From Catajapyx aquilonaris (lineage: Eukaryota): a stretch of DNA of 64,000 nt. A program made the translations under genes and the position numbers. The notes below the pieces were generated by a model that had not been told where the DNA came from, did not search any database, and was given only the letters and a program-made list of their open reading frames with translations. Shown here in pieces: positions 62,847 to 64,000 of the stretch. The stretch covers positions 1-64,000 of the forward strand of contig KZ538420.1 in assembly GCA_000934665.2 (NCBI GenBank). Reading direction: 5' to 3'. Numbering within the stretch: position 1 is the first letter of the stretch; each line of letters starts with the position of its first letter.

Positions 62847-63445
62847 CTCACAAGGGAAGCGTAAGTGTTGTCCGTGGAGTTTCTGAATGAAACTTGGCAC
62901 AATAATATAGGCAGGTAAGTTATTAAAGAAAATGCAAACAATTGAGGTGGATGCCCACAAGGTCAAAAGTTATGACCTCTAGAACTCACAAGGGACACTT
63001 TCCAAGGTCTCACCGATTTTCTTGAAATTCAGTACATTGGTAGGCCAGCCCAAGGGATGAAAAATGCACCTAAAGTGACCTGCTCAAAATGACCCAGTGA
63101 CCCCTTTTTGGGGGCTACCAATTCACTGAATTTCAAGAAAATGGGTGAGTTTTCGGCATTTAAGAGTTGAACTCTGCCCCCCAAAAAGGGGTCACCGGGT
63201 CATTTTGAGCAGATCACCTTAGGGGCGTTTTTCATCCCTTGGGGTGGCCTACCAATGTACCGAATTTCAAGAAAATCGGTGAGACCTTGGAAAGTGTCCC
63301 TTGTGAGTTTTAGAGGTCATAACTTTTGACCTTGTGGGCATCCGCCTAAATTGTTTGCATTTTCTTTAATAACTTACCTGCCTATGTTATTGTCCCAAGT
63401 TTCATTCAGAAACTCCACGGACAACACTTACACTGCCCTTGTCAG
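62847..63445. mobile_element. ~600-bp fold-back palindromic element with CTCACAAGGG termini
   Basis: Arms of ~270 bp are near-identical. Termini are CTCACAAGGG / CCCTTGTCAG, and the same motif recurs internally near 62984 and 63298. Confidence 0.85.
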
Positions 63446-63798
63446 ATATTTTAAAATTATTTAGACAATTACATTTTATTGGCTTCTCTTGGGGGCAGGG
63501 GTCATGTTATGCCACTGTTTTTATGCACTTGGATGAAAGTGTAATACATTTGTGTATCTACATTATACTTGCACATTTTATCGACGTATAATGTGTCAAT
63601 ATCAATTACACATTCACAAAATGGGCATTCTCTCAGTCAGTAGAAAGATTTTTGCCACATATTGCTTTTTTCCATGATTGACACTTTGCTTAATGCCATC
63701 GCTATTCATTTCTCATTGTTCAGTTTTATTAGACCTTGATTATAATTTTATGTGCACACTCACCTTCTTTCATAATGTTTTTAATGATTGACCACATA

Positions 63799-64000
63799 CG
63801 AGGTGCTACCCAAAAGTTTCTGAAACAATTTTTTTCTGAAAACTTACGTTACCATAAACCTTATTTCCCTCTATCACCTTCGAAGTACTCCCCTTTGAAA
63901 CATAGATACTGATCCCAGTGCTCTTCTCACAATTGGAATGCATTGTGAAGTCATTTTTTCGTAGGGCTCTCAGCACTGTCTGTGATTCTTCGTGGATCTG
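63799..64000 (-). mobile_element. mariner transposon 3' end (degenerate, cut by the window edge)
   Basis: TA followed by TIR CGAGGTGCTACCCAAAAGTTTC. The minus strand encodes the mariner C-terminal motif GEYFEGD. Confidence 0.75.

Overview
Eukaryotic genomic DNA from an arthropod, probably a hexapod: spliceosomal genes with many 55-75 bp introns and a Talua/Lm1-like SINE. Four genes can be reconstructed exon by exon with consistent splice phases. Three lie in tandem on the minus strand: a 12-exon SLC7/LAT amino-acid transporter light chain (genderblind-like, 26454-33940), a 4-exon TARP/stargazin-like claudin-superfamily gene (41196-43142) and a 2-exon divergent ionotropic receptor (45556-47423). 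The fourth is a plus-strand SEC14L/real-time gene (53593 to beyond the window end). A probable terminal coding exon of an unidentified plus-strand gene lies at 19537-19669. Non-coding DNA is crowded with non-autonomous DNA transposons, many of them long fold-back palindromes, plus tRNA-derived SINEs. Most notable: (i) an element at 16314-16636 that closely resembles the mammalian MER2 Tigger MITE as I recall it, a horizontal-transfer candidate; (ii) mariner palindromes built from two 5' ends or two 3' ends of a transposon; (iii) several unrelated ~250-bp MITE families with 4-bp AT-rich TSDs; (iv) an IR / TARP-like / glutamate-exchanger-like gene neighbourhood; (v) a mosaic CpG landscape suggesting gene-body methylation. 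All family assignments come from motif recognition by eye; no database search was run.
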